Shown here: positions 60,103 to 64,000 of the stretch, one piece after another | Layout of the letters: each line of letters opens with the position of its first letter | Numbering within the stretch: position 1 is the stretch's first letter | Source of the DNA: Eledone cirrhosa | Taxonomy: Eukaryota | Direction of reading: 5' to 3' | Assembly: GCA_964016885.1 (NCBI GenBank) | Contig: OZ024748.1 | Location: 27,466,001 to 27,530,000 of the forward strand | Length of the DNA: 64,000 nt | Made by a program: the position numbers and the translations under genes | Notes under the pieces: generated by a model | Told to the model about the DNA's origin: nothing | Seen by the model: the letters and a program-made list of their open reading frames with translations, nothing else | The model's database searches: none

Positions 60103-60665
60103 ACCATAAAATGTTTACTAAACATACATTAAGGACAGCGCAGGATGGTACAAATATGGGTTTCTACGTGTAAAAGAAAGGAAACAAAAACAAAAGATGT
60201 AACAAAAAAAATGGAAACAAAGGAAAACACAACAATAGGGGAGAGATCGTCGAGGGTTACTTGTGGAGAAAGCCTACAAAAGCCACAGTCACCCTGACCG
60301 CTAGGGCATGCGCCCTCTCCCAGTTTTTCTACTACAATACAACAGGCATATGCACAGAGCAGGCCCATTCACACGGGCCATTCTTGCCTCTCTCACCTAC
60401 CTTTCAACAAACTGGCTGGAAGGCAGCACTTCCCTCTCCATCCCGATCTTCCTTTTCAGGCGAAGCCTGAAAAAGCTAATGAGAACGTCACCGAAGAAGA
60501 GAGCACTCGTCTTCAACACTTTCAGACGCATCCACCATACGACCTCTTTCACCATGGCCGCCAGATAAAAACTGCCTGCCCTTCCTGGTTAAAGGAGGGT
60601 GGTGGGGCAATCTTCACAATGTACTCAGCTGATAGCCAGATACGCGACAACAGATGTTCGACATA
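60103..60665 (-). mobile_element. Tx1-type LINE 3' fragment next to (ATT)n
   Basis: Homologous to 36000-36290 and 42130-42220 (LKRKIGMEREVL). Confidence 0.75.
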
Positions 60666-60718
60666 AACCCACAAATAGACATAGAAATATATACGTTTAC
60701 TGAGAGAGAAAGTGTGTA

Positions 60719-60768
<50 letters not shown>

Positions 60769-60779
60769 GAGAGAGAGAG

Positions 60780-60848
<69 letters not shown>

Positions 60849-62002
60849 AAATGGGGGGATTTCAGCTTGAAATGGGGGAATGTTCGGCATGTACTTTCTG
60901 TTTGAAGACGTTATTTCCTGAAGCATTACCCTAATATGGGGTCTCAACTAACCTCTACCGTAACTAACACTATCAATACCATCACCACATCTGTTAATAT
61001 TACCACAACTACAATTACAATCACTACAATTACCATCAGTAAAGCTACTACCGCTATCAACACATCCACCACCACTACAAGAACTATGGCCATAACAACA
61101 ACATCAGCAACCATCACAATAACAATAACACCAGCCACCACCTCCACAAACACTACCAACATCACCACCCCCATTACCACCGCCACCAATGGCAACACCA
61201 CCACCACCACCAATAACAGTACTACTGTCACTGCCACCACCTCCAATAACAATAACAACAGCACTACTATCACTATCACTACCACCACCACCTCCACACT
61301 ACCACTAGTACCACAGCCGCCACCAACATACACCTAATGAATGATAACCCAATCATGTGGTGGGAAGGAAAGATGCGGAGATGAAATTTAACCAATATTT
61401 ACGAGGAGAACGTGAATTTCCTAATGATTTGTCGAAGAAATATTAAAGTTTATGGACATTTGATGGAAATAAACTGTCTCCATGTAACTACCATTGTTAC
61501 CCTACACACACACATACACACACACACGTGTGTATATACACACCCTATACACACACATATATATATATATACATGCACACACACATGTACATAGACACAC
61601 AGATATATAGGTGTGTTTGTGTGTGTGCGTGAGTGTGTATATAAACACGTGTTTACATATTACTCAAAGTGCTTCATAAACGTATTTTTGTGCAAAGTTT
61701 AACCAAAGTGCTCGACACATTTCAGTACATTATCGAATCATAAAATCTTGAACAAAAACCTCTATATATATTATGCAAACCAAATGACACGCGAAAAACA
61801 ATCATGGCATCCGTATTGATATGTTTGTGTGCGTGTGTGTATGCATATATATATATATATATATAAACAAATTAAGATTGTTTTAGTAGAGGGCTCTACG
61901 TATTTGATACAACTTTCTAGTCACTTCTTACTTGTGTTATATACATATATACATATATACATATATACATATATACATATATACATATATACATACATAT
62001 GA

Positions 62003-62160
62003 ACATATACTGCTTCCACCTCACTCCTCAAGACATACATCAGCTTCTATCCGTCATCGTAGAAAATACATATTTCCCTAGCTACCATCACACATACAAA
62101 CCAACAACAGGCCTACCCCTGGGGTCCAGTCTTTCAGGCCTTCTAGCCATCACCTATATG
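62003..62160 (+). pseudogene. Penelope-like element reverse transcriptase fragment
   Basis: LLSVIVENTYF....TYKPTTGLPLGSSLSGLLAITYM matches the PLE RT motif N.YF.....Y.Q..GL.MGS.LS..LA..YM. Confidence 0.75.
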
Positions 62161-62282
62161 ACAGATAAAAGAAAGACAAACAAAAATAAAAAACAAAGAT
62201 TACCAGGTAACTTACTTTTACTTTTCATTACCTTATCTTACAGTCTATTTTGCATTGTTTAACCTGTTATATTGACTCCCAC

Positions 62283-62891
62283 TTTGAAGGATATGCTTTT
62301 GCAATCCATGAACAGGAAATCAACACAAAATACCTGATTCACAAAAGAGATAGGGATGCAGACAAAACACCTAGATGTGACAAGTGCAGACTCTGAAGAA
62401 TTAACATCGAAGATGTCACCCATGACATAAGCAGCTGTCTAAAGATGTCACCACGGTACTATCTACCTATGAGGCATGATGTAGTGGCCAAAACACAGTA
62501 CAATGCAATCTGTAGAAAAGATAGCCCCGACAATAAACACATTAAAAGCTACAGCAATGTGGAAGGCATACATATACATAATATGAAAGAGTACTGGTGG
62601 AATGTTCCAGTAAAAACCCCAATAAAATGCAGGCATAAAAGACCAGATATAATTATATGGGAGAGGGAAAAGAAAGCATGCACAGTAGTGGAAGTTAGCT
62701 GCCCAGCAGATGCCAATATTATATCAAAGATTAGCGAAAAGGAAAATATCTATGCAGAACTAATGAGAAATCTACAGATATTCCACCCTGACTATACCTT
62801 TAGATTTATACCTGTGATTATTGGGGCAATGGGATATGTCAGTAACTGCTTCAGTAAAAATTTTGCACATACAGCTCAAAACATACAATAA
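62283..62891 (+). pseudogene. R4/Dong-like (RLE-clade) non-LTR retrotransposon C-terminus
   Basis: AIHEQEINTK; CRL*...EDVTH.ISSC zinc knuckle; RHD; RPDIIIWE..VVEVSCP restriction-like PD-(D/E) endonuclease; FIPVIIGAMG. Confidence 0.85.
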
Positions 62892-63413
62892 CTTCCATAA
62901 CTGCACATATATGTATGCGTATAGACATGCATACATATCTACCTAGTTGATGTTGTGTAAATTCCAATGAGAGAGTCTTGTATCTATGTTAGTAACCGGC
63001 TCTTTCTCTATTGACAAAAATTTGTGAAATTATAAAACCAAAACATACATACATACATACATGCATACATACATACATACATACATACATACATACATAC
63101 ATACATACATACATGCATGCATGCATGCATACATACATACATACATACATACATACATACATACATACATACATACATACATACATACATACATACATAC
63201 ATACATACATACGTACATACATACATAATGGCTGCATTTCGATTTCAAGTTTTGCCACCACCTGATCCACCTCTCACATATGGGTGGGACGAATATGACT
63301 CTTTAGCCCTTCCAAGGATCTACAATTATTATCTGCATATGCTGCAGAGATGAATATATATACAGAGAGAAAGATAGAGAGAGATAGAAAGTGAGAGGAG
63401 GTGGGGTAGAAGG

Positions 63414-63486
<73 letters not shown>

Positions 63487-64000
63487 TGCGTGTATTTCTT
63501 TATGCAGAGTAACTAGACATACGTGTACATCACAAGCTACATCTTGTGTCACGCATGTGCAACCCGACTGACATGTAGAACACTTCATCCATCACATGTA
63601 GTTCTCTGCCTACAACCAAAGAGACAGAATCAGGGTGTACAAAGAGTCCATGTCGAAATACAAGATCCTCATAGAGATGGACATGAAAGTGATTTGCCCG
63701 CTGTATAGGAGCAAATCATGGAATAGTATAGATAGAATACACGCACACAAACGCATGCACAAACAAAAAAACGTTATAGAAACAAAACAGAAGGAAACAG
63801 CGATAATCACTGAAGATGTCACAGAAATGTGTTACAAAAGAATTTTGAGAAATGGTATCTATATTTATATTTTTGATTGTTGATCAATCAAGGATAAACA
63901 TTGATTGCCTGCCAAATTATTTATCAAAATATAAACATATACTGAAGCGAAAACCAAACCAGACAATGTGTTTTCCTACTCTTTTGGCAATATTAGGACA

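Noticed and set aside
63635-63883. 82-aa ORF with a PLYRSKSW motif, possibly PLE-derived
   Set aside because: The similarity is too short to support a call.

Overview
Eukaryotic, extremely microsatellite-rich intergenic or intronic DNA, most likely from an octopod cephalopod. The taxon is inferred from the tRNA-derived SINE families and the density of (TA)n, (GT)n, (GA)n and (GGT)n tracts. I find no convincing host protein-coding exon, and almost all listed ORFs are translations of simple repeats. Recognisable content: a decayed Ty3/Gypsy internal region (19.1-21.8 kb); a decayed Tx1/L1-type LINE ORF2 (56.9-59.6 kb) plus several 3' fragments; a Helitron RepHel remnant; an R4/Dong-like RLE-LINE C-terminus; a Penelope-like RT fragment; a pogo/Tigger-like MITE; many SINEs; and several minisatellites, including an 11 x 69-bp array built from three 23-bp monomers. 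The most notable signal is a set of short, non-coding, head-to-head fold-back elements from several unrelated sequence families, all at (TA)n tracts. Most carry complete or partial minimal type I hammerhead ribozyme motifs. Three families also share a RTATTGAGTRC motif about 42-48 nt from the (TA)n junction. I interpret them as Penelope-like pLTR-derived mini-elements. All coordinates and alignments were read by eye.
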